Source: the human T2T-CHM13v2.0 reference genome, Homo sapiens
NCBI RefSeq assembly: GCF_009914755.1
Contig: NC_060927.1
Direction: 5' to 3' (one strand)
Length of the DNA: 64,000 bases
In this document: piece after piece, positions 51,154 through 64,000 of the stretch
How positions within the stretch are numbered: position 1 is the first letter of the stretch
Layout: each line of letters opens with the position of its first letter
Program-made: the position numbers and the translations under genes
The notes under the pieces: model-generated
Database searches by the model: none
The model's input: the letters and a program-made list of their open reading frames with translations, nothing else
Told to the model about the DNA's origin: nothing

Positions 51154-52175
51154 CAGTTGACCCTTGAACAACACGCATTTGAACTGTGAGGATTCACTTG
51201 TAGGTGGATTTTTTTTCAATAAATATATTAGAAAATATTTTGAAGATTTGCAACAATTTGAAAAAACAGACAAACCATGTAGCCTAGAAATATCAAAAAA
51301 TTAAGAAAAATTAGATATGGCATGAATGCATAAAATGTATGCTAGTCTATTTTATCATTTACTGCCATAAAATATACAAAAATATATTATAGAAAATTAA
51401 CATTTAACAAAACTTAGGCACACAAACACATACATGGCGCCATTCACCATCGAGAAATGTAAACAGATCTAAAATTGATTTATTAGTCATAACTTCATAA
51501 AATTAACTGTAATAAAACAGTACTATTGTAATAATTTTGTGGCCACTTCCTGTTGCTATTGTAGTGAGCTCATGTTGGAAGTATCCACTTAAAATGCCAT
51601 GTGACCCTAATCATCTCGGCATGAGCAGCTCATTTCTCTGGTAAATTGCTTATCACATTAAAAAGTGATCTCTCTTGGTTCTTGCATGTTTTTTATTGTG
51701 TTCAGTGCAATACTGTAAACTTTAAATAACACCATGGGACCCCTATGAAATGCCACTAGTAATGCTGGAAGTGCTCCCAAGAAGCAGAGAAAAATCATGA
51801 CAAGAAAAAGTTGAGTTGCTTAATATGTACTATAGATTGAGGTTTGCAGCTGTGTCCACTATTTCAGACAGATGATTCACCTTGTAAACAGATGATGTAA
51901 ACTTACAGTATTGATAAATACAACACAGTACTGTAAATGTATTTTCTCCTCTTGATTTTCTTAATAACATTTTCTTTTCTCTAGCTTACTTTATTGTAAG
52001 AATACAGTATATAATATATATAACATACAAAATATGTGTTAATTGACTATGTTATTGTGAAGACTTCCAGTCCACAGTAGGCTGTTAGTAGTTAAATTTT
52101 GGGGGATGATACGTGGATTTTCAATGGTGTAGGTGGCGGGCATCCCTAACCCCCATGCTGTTGAAGGATCAGTTG
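51154..52175. mobile_element. Tigger2-family non-autonomous DNA transposon (~1 kb)
   Basis: TIRs CAGTTGACCCTTGAACAAC ... GCTGTTGAAGGATCAGTTG with TA target duplication. Confidence 0.9.
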
Positions 52176-53165
52176 TACATTAAATTTTTTTTCTGTGCAT
52201 CTATAATTATTTCAGAATAAAGTTAAGAGTTAAAAGTATTGCCATATTATATAATGCTAATATAAGAGGATTATATATTAGCTAATATATATAAATATAT
52301 CTTAAAAATGTATTATATATTTTTTCCTCTAATATTAGCTAGTATTACAATACTGTGCTTATATAATGTTTACAAGGTGAATAATATATATATACTAGCT
52401 AATATAAGCTAATGTTAGAGGAAAAGAGATAATTCTTCCTTTGTTACATGATTTATTTAAAGAAACGAGTGAATATTGACAGTTTATTGAGCAATCTATC
52501 CATCACTGATCTCTGAGGTGTTCTTTAGAGAAAAGTTAATGTGACAGAAAGAGTGTGTGTATGTTTATTCAGTCCCATCTAATCTAATTTAGAAGAGTTG
52601 CATGAAAGGACCCATTTGTTTTTTTTAGTTGTTATTGTTAATGTTAGCAAAAGGGAAGGAGATGATATTAGATAAAGAAAAAGAGAAAAGCAGATCGTCT
52701 TTTATGTGAGGTTATTGTTAGGGAGGTGGCACGTAAGAGAGGACTGGCAATTTTCAATTTTGGCAATCCAGAATGACTTCTGTCTTAGAAAATGAAAAGC
52801 AATTTATTTTCTTTAGGAGTGTTTAGCACTGTGAATGTTCACAGAAACATGTTTGTTTGCTGTCAGATATGTGGGAATAAGCTGAAGCCCATAAAAGTTG
52901 GATGGAGACTTAGCAACTTGGGAAATAAAATATTCTGACAGTTTCTAGCTTTGGACTTCAACCTATTTCAGTGATAGTAACATCAATGTCCTATGCTTTT
53001 CCCCATGGTTCTGTGATTTGACAATGTACAGTGTAAGCAAGAATAAGAGAAATACTTTTTCTTTTTTAAAAGATAATTTTAAAGGTTGTGATATGGCTTG
53101 TCTTAGTACTTCTTTTGGTATTTCAAAATACCTTATGATAAGAGACAATCTAACATGGGAAATAG

Positions 53166-53891
53166 TGAAACCACCTTTGCAAAATTATAACTGAGGAAAT
53201 TATGATAATGAAAGAAATCAGATATAACCGATTCCATCTTGCTTCCAACCTTTAAGCTGTCCTTGTTCATTCCTGGGCATAGGCTGAACTAACCTTGGGA
53301 AGGAATTCAGTTCATGGTTTGACTCTGAAACAAAATTGATAAAAATTTTGTTTCCCAAAAAGACCCCTTTCTCACCTGGGGGCCAGTCTGCCTTTGTAGG
53401 ACTAACAAATTAGTTACAAGATTAGAAATCACAGTTCAGGGGTCATGCAACCCCTGGCTCCAAGAGTCTGAACCTCCCCAGATTGCTCCTGGGGAGAACA
53501 TCACTACTGTAAAACCTAAGATCAGTCCTTGAGATATTTTTCAGACTCTGTACTTACTGGGTCAGCTGAGACCATCCAGACCGGTAATCTGGCTCAACCA
53601 GTTCTGCCATCTCACCCAGGAACAGAAGACAGCAAGAAAAACTGACTTCGACTCCCTATGATTCCATCTCCAATCTGACCAATCAGCACTCCCCAATTCC
53701 CAAGACCCTACCCGCCAAATTATCTTTAAAAACTCTGATCCCATATGGGGAGACTGATTTGAGTAATAATAAAACTCTGGTCTCCTGCACAGCTGCTCTG
53801 TGTGAATTACTCTTTCTCCACTGCAATTCCCCTGTCTTGATAAATTGGCTGTCTAGGCAGCGGGTTGAGGTGAACCCATTGGGCAGTTAGA
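53166..53891 (+). mobile_element. Solo ERV1 LTR (LTR8-like)
   Basis: TGAAACCACCTTTGCAAAATTATAAC start, AATAAA near 53768, 4-bp TSD ATAG. Confidence 0.9.
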
Positions 53892-54204
53892 ATAGGTCTG
53901 ATAATATCTTCACGTATTCTGGCACGCCGCACTAACTAAACTTTGGAAAGTTTAGCAGCAGATCTATGGAAACTTATTTAATTTTACCCCAGCATATGAA
54001 TAAATTTATCAAGAAGGAAGCGAAATTGGTTATGTCACTTTATTTTATAACTATTTTGTCCACATTTTCCTTTTTCTAAGGAATGAATATTTACTTGAAA
54101 GGCCCACAGACATTATTTAGTTATCTTTACCATGCATTTGTTTCTTTTAATATGGCACCATGTGGAAGTGTAGTTTTGCTCAACTCATACGTGTGTGAAA
54201 GAAA

Positions 54205-54410
54205 GCATAGTGAATATGACTAAGTGCATAGGCCCAGGAACCAGATGACCTGGGTTTAAATCCCAGCTCTTACTGTGACCCTCAGGCAAGTGCCTTCTTT
54301 TAACTCAGTTTCCTCATCTGTAAAACAGGAATTTCATTGTTTAAAATTGTGGGGTCCAATTATTCTGAGGTTAATAGTAAAGCAGTATTTTTCAGGTGCC
54401 CTGGCACAAA
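54205..54410 (+). mobile_element. MIR
   Basis: CCTGGGTTTAAATCCCAGCTCT..TGTGACC..CTCAGTTTCCTCATCTGTAAAA. Confidence 0.85.
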
Positions 54411-55114
54411 AGGGCTGGAAGTGCAAAAAGAAAGACAAATGGGACTGGAGCAATAAAATGGAAGATGAAGGGGTGATATCCAGAGATCAGAAATTGGAGA
54501 TGCCCCTGGGCTGGCTGCTGCACCATTGGAGGCACTGTTAGAGTCAAGCTTGGATCTGCTGAAGAGGTGTCACTCAGCCAAAGGGTGCTGCCTCTGCCCT
54601 AGCTGGTCATCTGGATTCACTTCATTCACATAGCAGCAAGAGTATCTGCCACCAACTACCATACATTTGGAGTCAAGAGCCTTTCTCTTTTTTTTTTCAG
54701 CCTTCTCAGTTCCTTTCAGTGCCTAACAAGAGAAGCAAGAGAGCCTGGAAATGTAGTTTGATACCTCCCAGCCCTAGATGTTCACAGTATAGAAGGGTAG
54801 GTGGACTGAAAAACAACAGGTAAATAAGCTGTACAAAGACTTCATAATGTGCATATATCTTTTATAGTCAGTAACTGTGGCTGTCTCTAGGAAGGAGAAC
54901 TCAGGGGCTGGAACATAGCAGTGGAGGGATACATTATTTTCACTCCTGGTTTTGGGGCTTTGTTTTTAAGGCCTTTAGATCCATAGAATTGAATTGATTA
55001 TTTTCAGTTCATTGCACACTGATTTTGGTCCTTGTAAGTCATTATGCTCATTCCTTTCTCCCATTGTCACTCATGCCATGGATGTCTACTTCCCATACTT
55101 CTATGTAGATACAT

Positions 55115-55116
<2 letters not shown>

Positions 55117-55166
<50 letters not shown>
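55117..55166. repeat. (TA)~24 microsatellite
   Basis: Uninterrupted TA run. Confidence 0.97.
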
Positions 55167-55169
<3 letters not shown>

Positions 55170-55288
55170 CACTGTTATTTATGGTTTAAATTTAAAGAAA
55201 TACTGTTGTGCTATCCATTTTCCCACGGTTGGGCATCTAAGTTGCCTGCAATTATTTTGCACAATGCTGAGATAAAGAGCTTCATCTT

Positions 55289-56225
<937 letters not shown>

Positions 56226-56263
56226 ACATCCAGGAATGTGACTGTTGGGTTGTAGGATGCATA

Positions 56264-57108
<845 letters not shown>

Positions 57109-57493
57109 GATAGCTAACTATAAGGACTGTCAAATTTCTTTCCTACCAGCAGTACATGAAGGTTTCTGTTTCCTCATAGTTTCACTAACACTTGATAATA
57201 TCCGGCTTTTTCCCCCTAATTTTTGATAGGTATAAAGTGATATTCTAATTATATTTATTTGATTACATGCTGAGTATCCTTTCATATTACTCAATGGTTA
57301 TTTAGTTTCCATCCTGGTCAGTATTTCTTCATACTCTTTGATTTTCCTTTCATGTTGATTTGAAGAAATTTCTTATATAATAGCCTTTGTTGGTTTTAGA
57401 CATGGAAAATATATTGTTTGTTAAGTTTGTGTACGATGTCATTTGCTAAGCAAATATTTAACTTTGATGTAGTTATAGCCATAAATTTCTTCC

Positions 57494-57790
57494 TTTTTTT
57501 TTCTTTTTTTGAGGCAGGTTCTCATTGTCACCTAGGCTGGAGTGTAGTGGCACCATCACAGGTCACTGTAGCCTTGACCTCCTGGGCTCAGTGATCCTCC
57601 TGCCTCAGCCTTTTGAGTAGCTGGGATAACAGGTGTGTGCCAGCATGCCTGGTGAATTTTATTTTTATTTTTTGTGGAGACGGGGTCCCACCATGTTGCC
57701 CAGGCTAGTCTTGAACTCTTGGGCTCAAGCCATCCTCCTGCCTCGGCCTCCCAAAGTGGGATTACAGGCGTGAGCCACCATGCCCGGCCC
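57494..57790 (-). mobile_element. Alu (J-like)
   Basis: Antisense Alu; flanks CCATAAATT duplicated. Confidence 0.94.
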
Positions 57791-57934
57791 ATAAATTCTT
57801 TTTCTTTAAGGTTTGTGCTTCCCTGAGTCTTGTTTAGGAAGGACCACGGATGCCATAATTTAGATTTTTTTAAATAAGTAAAGGCCTTTGCTTTAAAAAC
57901 TGTTGAATGAAGTGCCTTTAAAAATATGAACGAG

Positions 57935-58287
<353 letters not shown>

Positions 58288-58566
58288 TTACCACTATCAA
58301 GTACTTATTTTACAAATACTGTGGTAACTGTTAACCTATTCACAAATCTGGATAAAGATGAGATATGGCCTTTTAGTAAGTGACCCAAGTCAGGTTGACT
58401 GGAGAATCTAGTAAGAGTGAATTGAAATATTGATCCCCAAATTTCAGAAACTGTAAGATAAATATGTTGCAAAATAATAAAAATGTGTTTTCCTAATTTT
58501 TTTCCCCTCAGTGAAGGGGGAAAAACTTCTAATTCTTTTAAACAATAATTTTAGGTTCAATTAAAA

Positions 58567-58585
58567 TGGCCACCAGGTGGCACCA
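58567..58585 (+). promoter_or_regulatory. Candidate CTCF-binding site
   Basis: TGGCCACCAGGTGGCACCA closely matches the CTCF core consensus TGGCCACCAG(G/A)(G/T)GGC(G/A)C(T/C)A. Confidence 0.7.
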
Positions 58586-59623
58586 ATGCCTGATAAGTAC
58601 TTCTGAAAATCAGAAGCATTATTCTCATACTTAAAATCTGTTAAAATTGACATTATAATTAAGGAGATAATTCTGGTCCCCTCCTAATTAGTCTTCAAGA
58701 AACTCTTTTTAGGCTCCAAGTTAGATGAAGTGTCTTGTCTCTGTGATCCTATGGCTAACAGTACTCACCAATTACTCTGTAATTGTTTACCTGAGTCTGT
58801 TTCTACTCGAGGTAGAGATCAGGACATTTTCAGCCTCACTAGGCCCCGAATAACGTGGCTTTTATTTATTTTTCTGGTAAACATTTGGTTATGAGTTAAA
58901 GCCAGGTTTGGGAGAAGTAAAATCTAAAATGTAGACTTTCCAATTTAAATAGGTCTTTCAATACTTATAAAATCTACAGGCTTGGGAAAATAGTGAAAAT
59001 AAACATTTCGTTGTTTAAATTTTATATTTTGAATTGATAATGAAAAAAATAGTCAAAATTCTCTTCCTCATTCACTGGTCTGATCCACAAGTTCCCTTTC
59101 ATTTTGGGAAATGGGCCTACAAGACACTTATGGCCCTTGAAAAATAAGTTTTATGAATGAGTATGTCCAAGGACTACAAGGCTGACTTCAAAGCAACAGT
59201 CTGGACTCCAAGTACGAAACTTAAAAAAAATCATTTATTCTAAATGGCACTAATGAGACTCAGGCTGCGTCTGTATCTGAGTATACTAGAAAGTCTCTAT
59301 CAGCTGCTTCCCTTTTATCTTCTTAGAGATGACATCTTTTCTGTATGGTTGGTGCATTGAGAGACTCAGCCAAGTATCAGGCTTTCCATCCATGGGACAC
59401 ATGTCTCCGGAACCTTCCAGCTGTTCACTTGTGACCAATACTCAGAATGCCTTTACTATTGAATACACTTTTAAAAATGATCAATACCAACATTCCCCAA
59501 AGTGTGATTAGTGAAGCGATAGTCCTTCAAGAAACTACCTGTACTTGGGGAAAAAAAGTATCCTATCCTTGTTTCTGTCTTTGCAGCTTGTATTATCATA
59601 TTGAAGACTCTGAAGCCCTTCAG

Positions 59624-59900
59624 CAGTGGTTCTCAATGGAGTGGTACCGCCCCCTAGGGGACATTTTGTAAATTTGTGGGAGTGTTTTTGTTGTCACAAT
59701 AATTGGTCAGAAGCCATGGATACATGCTAGGTAACATTCGGCGCATCTAACAATGCTATAGAAGCAAGAATTGTCCTTCAACCCCTGGGACTTTCATTTG
59801 TCCTGACAATCATGTAGCTAAAAATATGTATCTAATTAAGCCTACTACTAATTGTGTTTAACATGTCAATACAAAGTTATTAGGATTTTATAGTAGACAC
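59624..59900. mobile_element. hAT-Charlie MITE remnant (MER20-related)
   Basis: CAGTGGTTCTCAA terminal motif; TTGTTGTCACAAT; AAGAATTGTCC. Confidence 0.55.
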
Positions 59901-62192
59901 TTGAATGTCTTAGGAATACATTATAGGAATGACAATATAAATCAAGGAGTACTTAGGAATGACAACATAAATCAAGGAAAGATTGTATCAAAAATAATTT
60001 TTTAAAAAGACATGGTCTTGAGGCCTGCAGGGGAAAATGGTGAATAGGCAGGACTAACTTGTAGCTCCCACTTGGACTGACAGAACAGCATGTGGAGACC
60101 ACATCGTGAACTTTTGCTCCAAGAACTGCTGCAAGAACATACCAGGAAAACAGAAAGAATTCACAGACCCTTTGAAATAAGCGGCTTGCCACTGCAAACT
60201 CCAAGAAACAGCCGAAAAACTGTGAGTGCCCAAAGTGTGAGAGGGTGAAAGTCCACCTCTGAACACACATCCTCACCGAGGAGCTTGAAAATCTGGATCA
60301 CGGGAGAGGGATTTAACCTTACCTAGAGCTGAAATGAATTTAGAGAGTGGAGAGAAATATAAAAGTAGAAGAGGCAGCAGGAAAGGCCTGTAGGCACTTC
60401 TGGCATCCAAGGAAGCCCAGGGAACCTATTTTGACTTTATTTCACAGGGGTCTCTGGGGAGGGCTGCCAGTGGAATTGCGGAAAGACCACAGGAAGAAGG
60501 AAACTTCCAGCTGAACTTTGTAGTAATTTCGACCAAGTGTGAATTTTCCAGGGCAGAATCCAGGGTTGGGGGCAAACGGGAAGTGCAGACACAGGCACAG
60601 AAGCCACAGCAGGAGGGGTGAAGCCTGAAAGCCCTGCTTGCTTTCTCAGAGGAGAGGCTTGTAGCTTGGGGCCAGTTCCAAGCCCTGCTCACCAGCTGCC
60701 TGGTTATAAAGTCCGTGTTGGGGGAGCACACTGGGAGTGAGACTGGCCTTTCTGGCTACCTGGGAGCTGGGTGAAGCCTGTCACAGCTGGCTTTCCCTCA
60801 CTGACTTGGAGACTTGTCTGATGCAGCAGAGACAGCCATAATCCCTTTGGCATGAGAAACACACCCATATCTCCCACAGCAGGTGCAGCAAGCCCCACCC
60901 AAGGAGAGTCTGAGCTCAGACACGCCTAAACTTGCCCCACCTGATGGTCTTTCTCCACCTGCCCTGGTAGCTGAAGACAAAAGACATAATCTCATGGGAG
61001 CTCTATGGCCCTGCCCACCACCTGAGAAACCTGAATACTTATCCAGGTGACCCTAGGGCAAGCTTGTATCCTCCCTATGCTACCACAGCTGATGCTGCTT
61101 TGAAAGTGCCACCTCCCGGCTGGAGGCCAACCAACACAGCAACTCATAAAATAACAACCCTTCCCCCAAGAAGGAAAAAACAGCTAACTCCACTGCCTGT
61201 GACATCTTGGCTAACCAGAGGTCCTAAGTCTGTCCATGTGACAACTTTACTGCCAGCACAACTAGCATTCATGAAAAGTCGCACACTAAACAAAACTACA
61301 ACCAAGGCCCCACACAGAGTCCACCTTATTCCCCGGCTACCTCCACCAGAGCAGGTGCTGGTATCCACTGCTGAGAGACCTGAAGACAGATGACATCACA
61401 GGACTCTTTGCAGATACTTTCCAGTACCAGCCTGGAGCCTGGTAGCTCTGCTGGGTGGATAGACCCAGAAGAGAAATAACAATCACTGCAGTCCAGCTCT
61501 CAGGAACCCCCATCCTTAGGGAAAGGGGGAGAGCACCACATTAAGGGAGCACTCCACGGGACAAAAGGATCTGAAGAGCAGCCCTTGGGTCCCAGATATT
61601 TCTCTGATATAGTTTACCCAAATGAGAAGGAACCAACAAAACAATTCTGGTAATATGACAAAACAAGGTTCTTTAATACCCCAAAAGATCACACTAGCTC
61701 ACCAGCAATGGATCCAAACCAAGAAGAAATCTTTCAATTGCCAGAAAAAGAATTCAGAAAGTCAATTAGTAAGCTACTCAAGGAGGTACCAGAGAAAGGT
61801 GAATAGGAGTTTAAAGAAATTTAAAAAATTTTACAGGATATGGATGGGAAAATCTCCAGAGAAATAGACATCACAAGTCAAAAACAATCACAGCTTCTGG
61901 AAATGAAAGACACACTTAGAGAAATGCAAAATACATTGGAAAGTCCAACAATAGAATTGAACAAGTTGAAGAAAGAACTTCAGAGCTTGACACAAGGATT
62001 TTGAATTAACCCAATCTGACAAAGAAAAAAGAGTTTAAAAAAATGAACAAAGCCTCCAAGAAGTCTGGGATTATGTTAAATGACCAAACCTAAGAATAAT
62101 TGGTGTTCCTGAGGAAGAAGAGAAATCTAAAAGTTTGGAAAACATATTTGAAGGAATAATTGAGGAAAATTTCCCTGACCTTGCTAGAGATC

Positions 62193-62675
62193 TGTGGGAG
62201 TTAAGGCAGGCTGGTGGGAAAAATTTTCAGGATAGTTATAAGAAATAGACACAAACCTTCTATGGAACCTGAAGGGGTTTGCATAACTTCAGTAATAGAT
62301 CTGGCTGAAGGCAGCCTAATCCTCTTACCTTAAGTAAATAGCTTAAAGTAGGTACAAAGGAATGTAAGGGAGTTTACCTAAATAACTTGTTTACTCATGT
62401 GGTCCTAAAATTAACTTTTGATCATTTGCGGGCAGGATGGCTCTCTTGGGGGGAGGGGACCAGGTTAGTTAACCTCTAGTGATGTTGACTCAAAGCCTTT
62501 GTCATTTAATATATGCTGAATAAATTCCAGCAGGGCCAGTTAATCAGGGTCTCGGCTGCTACAACTCTTTTGGTCAGTGGCCTCACCCCCTAAGCCCACT
62601 CTTTCACTGAATATCAGTGTCTGAGTACGTTATTCATCTGTTGTGCAGCTGGGGTCTGTGAGATGGACCCTGGCA
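62193..62675 (+). mobile_element. Solo ERVK-class LTR (LTR22/HML-5-like) inserted in L1 ORF1
   Basis: TG...CA termini, perfect 6-bp TSD GAGATC, AATAAA 62519-62524; removing it restores ORF1p ..LARDLDIQ.. Confidence 0.85.
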
Positions 62676-63259
62676 GAGATCTGGACATCCAAATACAAGA
62701 AGCCGAAAGAACACTTGGGAAGTTCATCACAAAAAGATCATTACCTAGGCACATAGTCATCGGATTATCTAAAGTAAAAACGAAGGAAACAGTCATAAGA
62801 GCTGTGAGGCAAAAGCATCAGGTAACCTATAAAGGAAAACCTATCAGATTAACAGCAGATTTCTCAGCAGGAACCCTCCAAGCTAGAAGGGATTGTGTTC
62901 CTATCTTTAGCCTCCTTAAACAAAACAATTATCAGCCAAGAATTTTGTATCCAGCAAAACTAAGCCTCATAAATGAAGGAAAGATACAGTCCTTTTCAGG
63001 CAAAAAAATGCTGAGAGAATTTGCCACTACCAAGCCGGCACTACAAGAACTGTTAAAAGGAGCTCTACATCTCTACATCTTGAAACAAATCCTCAAAATA
63101 CACCAAAATAGAATGTTCTTAGAGGATAATTGTCACATGACCTATAAAACAATAACACTATTACAAAAAAAAAGGTATTCGGGCAACCGCTAGCACCATG
63201 AATAGAATAGTACCTCATCTCAAGACTAATGCTGGATGGAAATTGCCTAAATGCTCCAC

Positions 63260-63545
<286 letters not shown>

Positions 63546-64000
63546 AAATGCTCCATTTAAAAGATATAGAATGGCAGAATGGATAAGAATTCACCAATTA
63601 AGTATCTGCTATGTTCAAGACACTCTCCTAACACACAAGGACTCACATAAACTTAAGGTAAAGAGGTGGGAATAGACATTCCATGCAAATGAACACCAAA
63701 AGTGAACAGGAGTAGCTATTCTTATATCAGACAAAACAGATTTTAAAGTGACAATATCTCAAAAAGACAAAGAGGGTCATTATGTAATGATAAGAGTCTA
63801 GTCCAATAGGAATATATGACAATCCTAAATATATATGCACCTAACACTGGAGCTCCCAAATTTATAAAACAATTACTACTAGACCTAAGAAATGAGATAG
63901 ATGGCAACTCAATAATAGTGGGGAACTTTAATACTCTACTGACAGTACTAGACAGGTAATCAAGACAGAAGGTCAACAAAGAAACAACAGACTTAAACTA

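Overview
Primate genomic DNA, most likely human chr3q26.1 (recognised from memory, not looked up). It contains the complete NMD3 gene (60S ribosomal export adaptor) on the + strand: a CpG-island promoter (~5.8-6.6 kb), non-coding exon 1, and 15 coding exons (6785-35680). I spliced these by hand: all introns are GT-AG, phases are consistent, and the CDS is 1512 nt = 503 aa + TAA. The rest is dense in repeats (~22 Alus, L1, L2, MIR, MaLR/ERV solo LTRs, Tigger/Charlie MITEs). Nearly all ORF-track entries are spurious or repeat-derived. Most notable observations: (1) an antisense SRP14 processed pseudogene in intron 2 that the ORF track misses and that lacks the anthropoid poly-Ala tail; (2) an alternative terminal exon half-encoded by an Alu, which also supplies the stop codon and AATAAA; (3) a weak exon-14 donor with an open intronic read-through and AATAAA, which would give an NLS+/NES- NMD3; (4) a strong out-of-frame decoy acceptor before exon 5; (5) a solo LTR12-family promoter pointing antisense at the gene; (6) a near-perfect CTCF motif; (7) an LTR22 inserted in L1 ORF1, creating a 176-aa chimeric ORF. 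I found no evidence for a wholly new multi-gene system. Repeat subfamily names are from recalled consensus sequences and repeat boundaries are approximate.
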